Shown piece after piece: positions 1 through 10,675 of a stretch of DNA of 64,000 bases. The DNA lies in assembly GCF_009914755.1 (NCBI RefSeq), contig NC_060925.1; one strand, given 5' to 3'. Position 1 is the stretch's first letter; every line of letters starts with the position of its first letter. Origin of the DNA: the human T2T-CHM13v2.0 reference genome, Homo sapiens. Below the pieces are notes generated by a model. That model made no database searches and was not told where the DNA came from. It worked only from the letters and a program-made list of their open reading frames with translations. Made by a program: the position numbers and the translations under genes.

Positions 1-504
1 ATCGCCTCCTCTTCCTTCTCCCTCCTGGTTTTGCCTGTCTGCTCCCAGTTCCCACATTAACCTGGTCCAAGGCGAGTGGTCAGTTGAAAGGCTTCCATCG
101 TCTGGAAAAATAAAGAAAATAGAAGCCCTTCAAGCCTAGCTCTGCCACACTAGTGGCAGCTGCCTTGTGCCAACACCTTGGAAATCCTCTGGGCTTCCCA
201 GGCCACAGGCTCTTTGGTGCCACCTGAAATGACACCAGGCTCTGAGTGGGTCAGCAGGGGAAGGTTAAATCGGGGACAGGAAATGTGTTGGCTTCCAAGC
301 AGAGCAGCCATGACTCTTAACTATTCAAATGCACAGTTCATCCCTGGAAGGGCCGGTCAGGGCTGCTAGGGGACACCAGCCTCCTGGGATCTGTGGCCTG
401 GGCTTTAGGCTTCTATACCATTTAGAGATCAAAGATGATCAAAACCCAACAATTTCATATTGTTCAGTCTAATGCTCAATCGTTCAATCAATCCAATTGC
501 CGTA

Positions 505-640
505 TATCAACACCACAAGAACCCTGTGAGGCAGACATTAAGGTCCTTATTTTATGAAAAACAAAGGCCCAGAGAGTCTAAGCCACTTGCCCAAAGTCAC
601 ACAGAAAGTGACAGAGTCAGAGTCTGGATGTGCACAGGTC
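505..640 (-). mobile_element. MIR SINE fragment
   Basis: Reverse-strand MIR core: 'aaaggcccagagagtctaagccacttgcccaaagtcacacag'. Confidence 0.7.
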
Positions 641-1309
641 AGAGTGAATGCCGACTGAATGCTGTGCCCATCGTCTCTCAAATTGTCTCAAATCTGCTCT
701 GTGCTTTGTTCCAGCCACTCCCTAATGCAGCCACGTTTATTCTCCCCTGCTTTCCTTTGCTCATATCATGACTTCCTCCTGAACTCCTTTTCCCTTCCCT
801 TCATTTATCCTACAGATATTTATTGACAAACTACTATGTGTCAGATTTGCAGTTAGGAGCTGCAAATATGATCCTCGAATCAGACACTAAAGAGTTTAGC
901 AACCAGTGTACACGAAGGATATTTCTGTGACTCCAACTGTATTCTGTTCGGCAAAATAAAATTTAAAAAAAGAAAAATATCGTGATATAAGGAGTGCAGA
1001 CAATTTTGCCCAAGGCTCTTTGCCAGTCTTAGTGGTATGTGCTGACTTCACAGCCTGCCCCCATGTTAGACTCCACTCTAAGCCCTGGCTTGGTGGAAAA
1101 GCAGAGGCTGGGAGCCTGGGGGTGTAGAGTCAGTCTGGAGAGGAGGAACAGTATGAGCATTGTAAAAGTCTCCATGGGGATGGAGCATCAAGTATGGGGT
1201 GAGAAGAGGGGAGGAGAGGGGCAGGAGATAAGGTGAGGGAGTTGGCAGGAACATGCAATGAAGGCCCTTGAATATCATGCTAAGGAGGACAAAAGTTATC
1301 CTGGAAGCC

Positions 1310-1540
1310 AGAGGTTTTCACTGATATGCCTCCCTTGAGGGACCTCAGGGGTCAGAGGTGGCCCTGTGAGGAGAGAGCAGAGACAGACAGCCTCAGTCTC
1401 TCTTTCGCTCTAAGAAGTTCCACTGCTATCAGCTTTAGATTTGGTGGGGGTTCCATGTCAGAATCAATTTGGAAAAAAAAAGTGTTTGACTCTTAATGAT
1501 AATAGTATTCAAAGGTGCATTAAAAAATTAGAAAACTGCA
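1310..1540. mobile_element. Probable hAT-Charlie-type non-autonomous DNA transposon relic
   Basis: Ends 'cagaggttttca'...'gaaaactg' resemble hAT terminal inverted repeats; internal 'ttccactgctatcagctttagatttggtgggggttccatgt' resembles a MER112-like consensus (from memory). Confidence 0.35.
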
Positions 1541-1549
1541 TCAATTATA

Positions 1550-4500
1550 TTTTTGCTTCTGGCCATGATGAACTAACAGGAATGGAGTTTACTCTCCTAC
1601 CTCAAGTAACCAGAAAAGTGGACGAAACACATTAAACAACTGTGTCGGACATTCAACAGCTGGCCACACAGGCATGTAAGCAGAGAGAGAAAGACAGCAA
1701 GTGAGCCATGCCCTTCAGCTGCCGCAGATCGCTCTCCGGAAGTGGCTTCCAGACTGCAAAGAAAGGAGGGAAAACTGCAACAGAGCCTGGTAGCTTTGAT
1801 GATTTGAGGAGAAAGAGAACAGAGTTTGAGAAGGCCAAGGTGGCTAGAATTTGAAAGACAGAATATTGAAGAGGGTGCTGCACAGAAAGGGACCTCCAAA
1901 GACTTGAGAGGGGTCCCCTCAAGAATCCGTCTAAGTAATGATTTACACATATGTGAAAAAAGTATCTGAGGCCAGGGGAAACAAAAACACCAGAATAGGG
2001 GATACAGAGGTATTCTCAAAGCTCACACAAGGTTGGGGCCTAGGGGGTGGCTTTTGTTCCCACCGGGAACAGTGGAAAGACTTCATGGCAAACAGGGTAT
2101 CAGGTAGACTCCTCAGAAGGCTACTGGATTAGAAGTGGGCATTAATTAACCCTAAATAAACTCTGCTCTATGTCTTCTCTAATAAACTTAAAAGAAAGCT
2201 TCAAAATTATCCAACTGACTCAAAACAACTGCTTCCCAGCACAAAATCCAGCACTATTTAAAGAAATAGAACAAAATTAATAACCAGCAACATAAAATCA
2301 CAACGTCCAGCATCTAATAAAAAATCACTAGGTGGAAAGAAGCAAGAAAGTAGGATCTATGATCAGAAGGAAAAACATATTAATATAAAGGAAACTGAAA
2401 ATGGTGGCTATGTTGGAACTACTAAGAATAATAAAATAGCTATTATAAATACACTGATGTTTAAGAAGACAAAAGAAAATTAACAGGCTGAGTTTTAATA
2501 ACCCAAATGGAATATCCATAGCAGAAAAATACAATTTCTGAATTGAAAAAAATTACACGTGATGGGATTAACATGCAGATTCTGTTCTGCAACAGAAAAG
2601 GTCAGTGAAATTGAATACATAGCAAAAGAAACTATCCAAAATAGAGCAAAGGAGGGAAACACCTGAAGAATGAAGAAAACATCAGTAACCCATGGAACAA
2701 TATCCAATGTCCTAACATACTTAACAACCGAAGCTCCAGAGGAGAGGATATGGGAGAAGAATGGGGGCAGAAAAACTATTTTATGAAATAATGGCCACAG
2801 TTTTTCTAAATTTGAAAAGAATTATAAGCCTGAACATCCAAAATCTTAACAAAACCAAAGCAAAAGAAATATAAAGTAAATCACACTAAAGCACATCACA
2901 GTCAAATTCAGAAAGCCAGCAATAAAGAGAAAAATCTCAAAAGGAGCCAGAAAAAGAAAGAGAGATATAATGGACAAGGAAACAAAGATAAGAAGATGGA
3001 AGATGTCATGTTAGAAACCATACAAGGCATAAAACAATGGAGCAACATCTTTAAAGCAGCAAAAGAAGAGATTTAAGATAGGAGCATAGAATTCTATACC
3101 CAGTGGAAATGTCACTTAAACATGCAAGAAATGAAGACAACTTCAGAAATAGATGAAAGAATTCAGCATCAGCAGAACAGCCTCTCAAAAAAACGTCAAT
3201 GAAAGTCTTTTCGGTACAAGGAAAATTATAAAAATAGAAATTAGGATCTACATAAAGAAATGATAGAAGCTAGAACAATAAAGATGATTTTTTGTGTCTC
3301 TCATATTTTACCCTTTAAGATAATTGACTGCTTAAATAAAGTACTAACAACAACGATGTATTGTGGGGTTTGTAATATATCTAAAAATAAAATGTAAGAA
3401 ATCATAGCACAAAGGATGGAGGAAGTGAAAATTTACTGTTATAAAGCTCTCATACTAGTATTACATTATTTGCAGGTATACTGACAGATTAAAGATGTAT
3501 ATTCTAAATGCTTGAGCAACTGGTAAGAATACAAATAAGTAAAAAAAAGAGATATTACCAATAAACCAATAGTGGAGATTAAAATGAACTTATTAAAAAT
3601 TTGATTAATTCAGGAGAAGGCAGGACAAGTGGGATAAAGGTGCAATGAACAAAAAGAACAAACAGAAACAAATAGCAATACAATATATTTAAATTTAACC
3701 TTATCTACTATCATCTTACATGAAATGATCCAAAAATTCAACTGAAAAGTCTAAGATTGTCAAAAAACCATTAATAAATGCATTAAAATCATAATATATA
3801 TTATATCTATCTATCATAAAATCTATCTAGAGATAAATTTCACAAAATATGTGAAAACTAAAAAACAAATTGCTGACAAAAATTAAAGAGGATTGAGATA
3901 TGTCAGAACTGAAGACTCAATGTTGTGAACATGTAAATTCTCTGAAAAGTGATCTATGGGTATAACATGATCACAGACAAAATCTCACCTGACTTTTTGT
4001 TGAAATGGACAAGCTGATTGCAAAATATATGTGGAAACACAATGGATCTGGAATATCCAAAACTGTTTGAAAAAGTAGAAGAGTTGATTTGTATTAGCTG
4101 CTTTCAAGTAAATTATAAAGCCATCATAATCAAAAGAGTGTGGAATTGGTATAAGGACAGACATATAGAACAATGGAACAGAATAGAGAATAGGAAAAAA
4201 GGTCCACAAATATAAGTTGATTTTCTACAAAAATGGAAAGTTAATTCCATGGGGAAAGGATTGTCTGTCTTCTCAGCAAACTACTGAGAAGTGGGGAAAA
4301 CACACAACCATTCTCAACCTCGATCTCACACCTCTTAGAAATTTAACTTGAAATAAATAGTAAATTTAAAGTTAAGTGCTAAAACTAAAACTTTTAGAAG
4401 AAAACATGGAGAAAAATTTTGTGACTTCGATTTAGGCAAAAAAGCACGGAAAGTATGAATTGTTAAAAGAAAAAAATGATACACTAGACTTCATCAAAAT

Positions 4501-6570
4501 AAAAAAAAAATGTAGATGGTCCTCTGCTGCTTCAGCGCCTGGCTGTGCTCACTCCTGTTCACACCAGTGGGCTGGGGAAGGCTGGTCCTACCTGAAGGCT
4601 CTGCATGAAGACCTTCCGGGTATCACCTGGGTCTTCTTGGAAGATGTGGTTTGAGACACAGAGATCTCCATGGAGCACACCCAGTGCAAGACGGTCTCTG
4701 GCACAACAGACGCACAGCATTGCATGCTGAGATGCTGGTGCACACATTTGCTACTAGCATCCCAGGAAAGGTCCTTATCTAGGGCACCGTTTGTTCCACT
4801 GAGAAGAGCTTTGCATCTCAGTGGGAGAGGGTGTGCCCAACACTGTAGGCCCCTAGCTGTGAGTTCTGTGCTTACACTTGCAGAAAGACAGTTTTTCTTC
4901 TAAATTGTGACCATAGGCCTTGAGGACTTTTGCATATCTAGGAGGTTTATTCTACTGGATGGGTCACCTTCAGTTCAGAACCACAAATGGTGTAACTTGA
5001 CGTAGAGTGGCATTCTCTGTGCTCTTTATACTTGTTCTTTGGCATAAGCTGGAGTGGATTTCCTCCTCTAGGGTTTATCACAGAAGGACCAGCCCCACCT
5101 ATGGTCTGCTCCTGTCCTTGGCCGGTCTGCTGGCCGGAAGGGGCATAGACAGTGCCAGTGCTCAGGCCATTCCCAGGTCATACTGACCAAGCCATTCTTG
5201 GACCCGCCAATTAATTTAGGATTTTTACACTTCTAATAAAGTCCATAGGTGTGGAAAGGAGGTTTCAAGTAAAAGTTAAACCACCAAAGGGAAAACAGCC
5301 TTTCCAATGTGTTGTTACAGAAGCTGGGAGGTTGAGACATGGGCACCTTGGATGGGGTTGGCCTAAGTCACCTGAGGCCACCCACGATGGAGAGGAGACA
5401 ATCTCCCAGGCCACGCTGCTGCCCCTGAGATGGGAGCTGCTGCCACATTCCAGGGCTAGTGAAGCCTATGAAAAGCCAAACTGATCCTGAAGAGTGAAAG
5501 TCAAACCCAAAGGCTCTACTTAGAGCTCTCTGCACATTTACAATTCTTAAAATGTATTGATATAAGCAGGCCAATTTTTTAAGGTAATAAAGGTTCTATT
5601 TGGTATGTAGAAAAGGTTTTTAAATTAAAAACGTGTGCTATTCAAAAGAAACATTTAAAGAAAGTGAAAAGGCAAGTGGCAGTTTATTTGCAAAGCATAG
5701 ACCTAATAAATTACTTGCATCTGGATATGTAAAGAGCATTAGTAAGTGAACAACAAAATAAGTGGTAGAAGATTTGAATTAATAATTCACCAAGGAAAAT
5801 ATATAATGACAAATAAGTATTCAGAAGATATCTAACATCATTAATCATCAGGGAAATGTAAATGATAGCCACAGTGAGATAGTGCCATATACCCACTAGA
5901 ATGGCTAAAATTAATACCTGACAATAACAAATGTTGACTGTAATTCTTATACATTGTGGTATAAATGCAAAATGGAACAGAATCTTTAGAAATCATTTGG
6001 CAATTTCTTAAAGTCAAACATGCATCTATCCATTCCACTGCAAGGTATTTACTAAAAGAAAAGAATACACATGTCCACATAAAGACTTGTATGTGAGCAA
6101 TTGTAGCCCCTTCATTCATCATAGCCAAAAACTGGCAAAAGTGCCCATCAACTGGTGAATAAACAAAACAAGGTAAATCCATACAATGGAATACTACTCA
6201 GTAATAAGATGTATAAACAACTGATATGCACAACATCATGGGTGAATCTCAAAGACATTGTCTTGAATTTTTTTTTAAAAAAAGCAGATACAAAAGACTG
6301 AATACTGTATGATTTCATTTATATGAAATTTTAGAAGAGGCAAAACCATAATGGCAGAGGGCAGAATAGGTGGCAAAGGCTATGGCTTGTGGAAGTCATT
6401 ACTGAAAAGAAACAAGCAAATATTTGGGGGTTAATGGAAATGTTCACATTGTGATTGTGGAGGTGGTTAAAAACCTATATACATATGTCAAAACTCATCA
6501 AATTATACACTTAAAGTTGCTACATTTTATTACATCTACATTATGTCAATAAAACTGACTTTGAAAAACA
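1550..6570 (+). mobile_element. Old L1M (L1MD/L1ME-type) LINE with 5' UTR, ORF1 and late ORF2/3' UTR remnants; most of ORF2 deleted; interrupted at 4511-5620
   Basis: 5' end 'gcttctggccatgatgaactaacaggaatggagtttactctcc'; A-rich ORF1-like tract; ORF 4018-4215 reads YKAIIIKRVWNWYKDRHIEQWNRIE (L1 ORF2p C-terminal motif); 3' end 'gtcaaaactcatcaaattatacacttaa...caataaa'. Confidence 0.85.
4511..5620 (+). pseudogene. Degenerate histone H4-derived pseudogene (probable retrocopy of a polyadenylated read-through transcript) inserted in L1
   Basis: 4569-4760 translates GLGKAGP/LKALHEDLPGIT-WVFLEDVV*DTEISMEHTQCKTVSG versus H4 [22 protein letters not shown]...[25 protein letters not shown]; stem-loop relic 4767-4788; AATAAA 5586-5591; L1 resumes in register on both sides (catcaaaataaaaa / aaattaaaaac). 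Confidence 0.75.
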
Positions 6571-7889
6571 CATACCTAAAGTGGCTTCCAACGTGAGTCC
6601 AGACTCTTGGGCGTATAAAATGCAGTCTGGGGAAACCTGTTGTATTTCCCCAACATTTTATGTCCAGAGAAACAGCTCCCAGTAAGGAGCAGATGAGAGG
6701 GAGCTTCAGCTTCTCTCTTTTTGCTAGTGACTAGCTGGGGGTCATTGAAGTTAATTGTTTCTCTCTGTGTCTCAAAGGCCTACTTGAAAGATGAGGCGAT
6801 TGGACCCTTGGAGGCTGTTGACCCTGCCCTGCCTGGAGAATACATGCCACCCACCCTCCCCCCTCCAGTTTCCCTCCTTCCTCTTTCCTGGTAATCTCCG
6901 CTGCCTGGGCTCTGTGTGCTAGTTCTGACCACCCCACCCAGGAATGGTCTGATGCTATTTAAGGCTGGTGCTTCCATTTCCTAGGACCCCTGCCCTCTGG
7001 GAACCCTGCACTCATTCTGTCTCCTTAGCCATGTAAGCAGTGCTGCATGCCAGGGACAGCAACACTAAATCATCCTCCTGCTAACTCTACCTCATGCAAA
7101 TAGGTGTTAACTCACTGCAAGAAGCCAAGAGCCCTTGTAACAGGGAACTTGCACATAATTGGAAATAGCTTTAACACCCTATTGATGGCTTTTCCTCCTA
7201 TTGCTCTGTGACAAAATGAAACAGTAAAAAATGTCGATTTTTCTCTGGAAGGGAAAGGGGAAGAAGGCTGGATCTTAAAATGAAATTATGGTTATTGTCC
7301 TCCTGGTAGCATTTCTTCTGTGCCACCATGACAGATGGCTCTTTAAGTGACAACAGATTTGTATTTCATTAGGACACTTTAGTTGAAAGATCGATGATGC
7401 TTCTTGGAACCTCTCTGCTTGTCCATGGGGGCAGATGAACAGGGCTAGACGCTTGCAAAGATCCAGCTAAAATTAGGCAGCTGCCGACAGACGCCGGATT
7501 CGCAATCATAGTGCATTGATTTCCAAAGTGATGCCAAAACCCAGTGAGTTTTATTGGCCTGCTTGTTCCGTCTTCATGGAGAAGGGCCTCTCTAATGAAG
7601 TGGTTCTTCCTCTGGGGGAATGGAGCTCTTTAAAGGCAGAATTAATTTTTGGCGGAGGTAGGGAGTCAGAGGCATCCCGGACTCTTTGTACATCCTTAAC
7701 TGGTAGCTCACTTGCCAGGCCTGTGTCATCACTGTTATTGCCAGTTGCCCTTTGTGAAGCACCCACTGCTCTCCAGGTACTGGTGAGCACCCCAGTCACT
7801 GGAGACAAGCACAGGCTCCCGAAAGGCAATTCTAGATCAGAGGAAAGTGGATGGGATGGTGTGGGCCAGCAGGCTGAGCATGGACTCTT

Positions 7890-8095
7890 GCCAAGCAATG
7901 GAAGCCTGGGGGTTTCGAGCAGGGATTCGGGAGCCCAGGTGCTTGAGTTTGAATGCTGGCAAATCCTTCTACCACTGGGGGATGGGGTAAGGTGTTCTAT
8001 CTCTCTGTGCCTCAGCTTTGTCAGTATAAAATGACCATTCAGCATTAGTGAATACAGGTATTTAAAACAGGAGAGGTCCTCACTTAATGTTAGCT
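7890..8095 (+). mobile_element. MIR SINE
   Basis: 'ctctctgtgcctcagctttgtcagtataaaatg' core with degenerate flanks. Confidence 0.6.
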
Positions 8096-8699
8096 GCTGT
8101 GTGTCATCAGTTAGTTCTGTGCTCAAATTGAGACACTGCTGCTTCCTGGCTGTGCATTCTTGAGTAAGTGACTCAAACCCCCTTGCTGCAGGGAGTGGGT
8201 GACATCTTGTGTGTGAAAGGCCCCTCCTGGGGCTCACTCCAGTTATAGAGCTGGCTACAAGTCATGAAGGTCCACCCTGAGAGAAAAGCCCACCACCCTT
8301 CCAGGGCCGCAGAAGTGGGCACAGACAGGCATTTATTTGCAGGAGACATGGTTGATTATCCCAGAAAGGACGTGGGAGAAGGAAATAAAAAAGCATCATA
8401 GCCTTCCTACCCAACTTTGTAAACATCATTGATTTGAGGCAGGAGTCACTTCAGGGCTGCAGACAGATTGATTGATTGGGCCTTTTAATGTGATCTGTGC
8501 TGCAGACACAGTTGGTTCTAAAACTGCCCTCCTGGCAGGCCTGAGTTTGAAAAGCATAGCTGGTAAGGAAGAGGCACAGTGATGAAGCTGCAGCATGAAG
8601 ACTTTAGGTTAGACACAAGGAAGGACATCCTTTCTGCTGCAATTTATCAGTTGCTATAGTATTTAAGGTTGCAAAAATCTAGAAATAGTTCTTGTTCTA

Positions 8700-8945
8700 A
8701 TAATAACTAGCATTTACTGAATGCACGTGATACACAAGGCCCGGTTCTAAGCACTTTCACACATGGGTTCCTGTAAGTCTCGAAATAGCCCAGTGAGATA
8801 AAGGCTATTATTCTCATTCTCATTTTACAGATGAGAAAACTGAGGTTCAGAGGAGGAGACTGAGTAACTGGCTCAAGGTCACAGCTAATAACTGATAGAG
8901 TGAAGATTCAAACCAAGACCTAGTTCCAGAGTCTGTTCTCCAAAC
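8700..8945 (-). mobile_element. MIR SINE, near full length
   Basis: 'cattttacagatgagaaaactgaggttcagag...caaggtcacagcta'. Confidence 0.85.
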
Positions 8946-9906
8946 CATCCTGGTGCTTTCCCTCTCTTATTCATTCATTCATTCTTCAACCATTACAGAT
9001 TCCTGCCTGGTGCCAGGCCTTAGGCCAGACTCTCAGTTCATAGGGAGGAGAGAGGCCCAGGCCCTGCCATGGGCTGCTGGGTAAGGATGTCACCTGGGCT
9101 GGGGAGTTGCACTCACCATTTGACACCTGCCTGGTGTTTATTCTCCTCCTTTCTCTCCCTTTGGCCTGTGCTCCTGAGCTGGCTCAGAAAGCTCCCTGCC
9201 CCACCCCCTTCCAAAGTTACAAAATAAATCCTGCTGCATACATTGGAGGCTCTTAACGAGTCCTGCAGAGGCTGGGGTACAGTGCATGTTCCTGCTACAG
9301 CCACATCTTCAAGGGGAAAGCAACATCGCCATCTCACCTACGTCTCAGGGAGGTTTTGAGGATTCTCCCAAGGCATGTGTGAACTGCCAAGGGCAGCATG
9401 AGCATCCAGTGCTCTGGAGCCTCCTGAGTACAGGCTTGGAATATTTTTCCTATTCTTTCCTGTTCTTAGGGCCACTCCCAATGGAGGCTGGATCTATGGA
9501 GAATCCTTTTGGTGCTTCTGATATCTAGCTGGTCCCTGTGGCTCTGGGAAGTGTCTCCTGGCATGGTGGGGTGTCAACTCTCCAACCTGTCACACAGGAG
9601 GAGTGGCACCTCATCAGCCAGTTCTCTAAGTCAGGAACATCCCAGCTTGGCAAGATCATGCACTTCAAATACAATAGTTGTTGCAACATTTGTCAGCCCT
9701 GCCCCACTGGCTAGGTGCTCTGGAAGACCCTAACACTTGGATCTACTGTCTGAGTCTGAAATGAGGCTGTGGTTCATCAGGCAGATCAGAATTTTCCTGT
9801 AGATGAGGAGGGAAGAAATGGGGGACAATGATTAAGACCAAGCATTCTGTATCCTAATTTTAGGTCCAAATCTTGAGACATACATCTTAACCATCTTTGT
9901 GCCTCG

Positions 9907-10130
9907 TATGATAGATTCAATAATGGCCTCCCAAAGAGGCTCACATCCTACTCCCTGGAACTTCTCAATATGTTATCTTATGTGGCAAAAGGAACTTTGC
10001 AGATGTGACTAAGTCAAGGTTCTTGAGATAGGAGATTATTCTGGATTATCTGAGAAGGCTCAATGTAATCACAAGATGCCTTACAAGAGGGAGGCAGGAG
10101 GGCCAGAGGAGACAATGGAAGGAGATGTAG
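9907..10130 (+). mobile_element. MLT1D-like MaLR LTR, 5' half
   Basis: 'aataatggcctcccaaaga...ggcaaaaggaactttgcagatgtgactaag...aatgtaatcacaag'. Confidence 0.75.
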
Positions 10131-10134
10131 AAAA

Positions 10135-10285
10135 TGTCAACTTAAATAGCAAATAGACAGAGGATCTCTAAAAGAAAATAATATTTACTCAGGAATAGGG
10201 CATTGCAATTGAAATATATTTGCCATAGTAAACAGTTTATGTATTCAGGGAGGTAAAGGAAGACAAATATTTTTAAAGGGAAAAG
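10135..10285 (-). mobile_element. MER67C-like ERV1 LTR, 3' portion
   Basis: Starts 'tgtcaacttaaata', the reverse complement of the LTR end 'tatttaggttgaca'; homologous to the + strand copy at 53282-53697. Confidence 0.7.
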
Positions 10286-10363
10286 TCTTTAGGTTTTTGG
10301 ATCTGCCAGGAAGTGACAAGTTTTTACACTCACTATAAGACTAGGAACCCTTGAAGCCAGGTA

Positions 10364-10675
10364 TTTTTTTTTTTTTTTTTTTTTTTGAGACGGAGCCCCG
10401 TCGCTCTATCGCCCAGGCTGGAGCGCAGTGGCGTGATCTCGGCTCACTGCAAGCTCCGCCTCCTGGGTTCACGCCATTCTCCTGCCTCAGTCTCCCAAGC
10501 AGCTGGGACTACAGGCACCCGCCACGACGCCCAGCTAATTTTTTGTATTTTTAGTAGAGATGGAGTTTCACCATGTCAGCCAGGATGGTCTCGATCTCCT
10601 GACCTCGTGATCCGCCCGGCCTGGCTTGGCCTCCCAAAGTGCTGGGATTACAGGCGTGAGCCGCCGCGCCCAGCC
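10364..10675 (-). mobile_element. AluY
   Basis: Diagnostic 'gcaagctccgcctcctgggttcacgccattctc' and 'caggatggtctcgatctc'; 14-bp TSD TGAAGCCAGGTATT at 10352 and 10676. Confidence 0.95.

Noticed and set aside
910-985. AATAAA followed by an A-rich run, a possible tiny retrocopy 3' end
   Set aside because: Too short, no TSD or identifiable source; lies among L2 fragments
7516-8237. Overlapping ORFs of 172 aa (+) and 228 aa (-)
   Set aside because: Non-ATG starts, run through a MIR, no recognisable protein family
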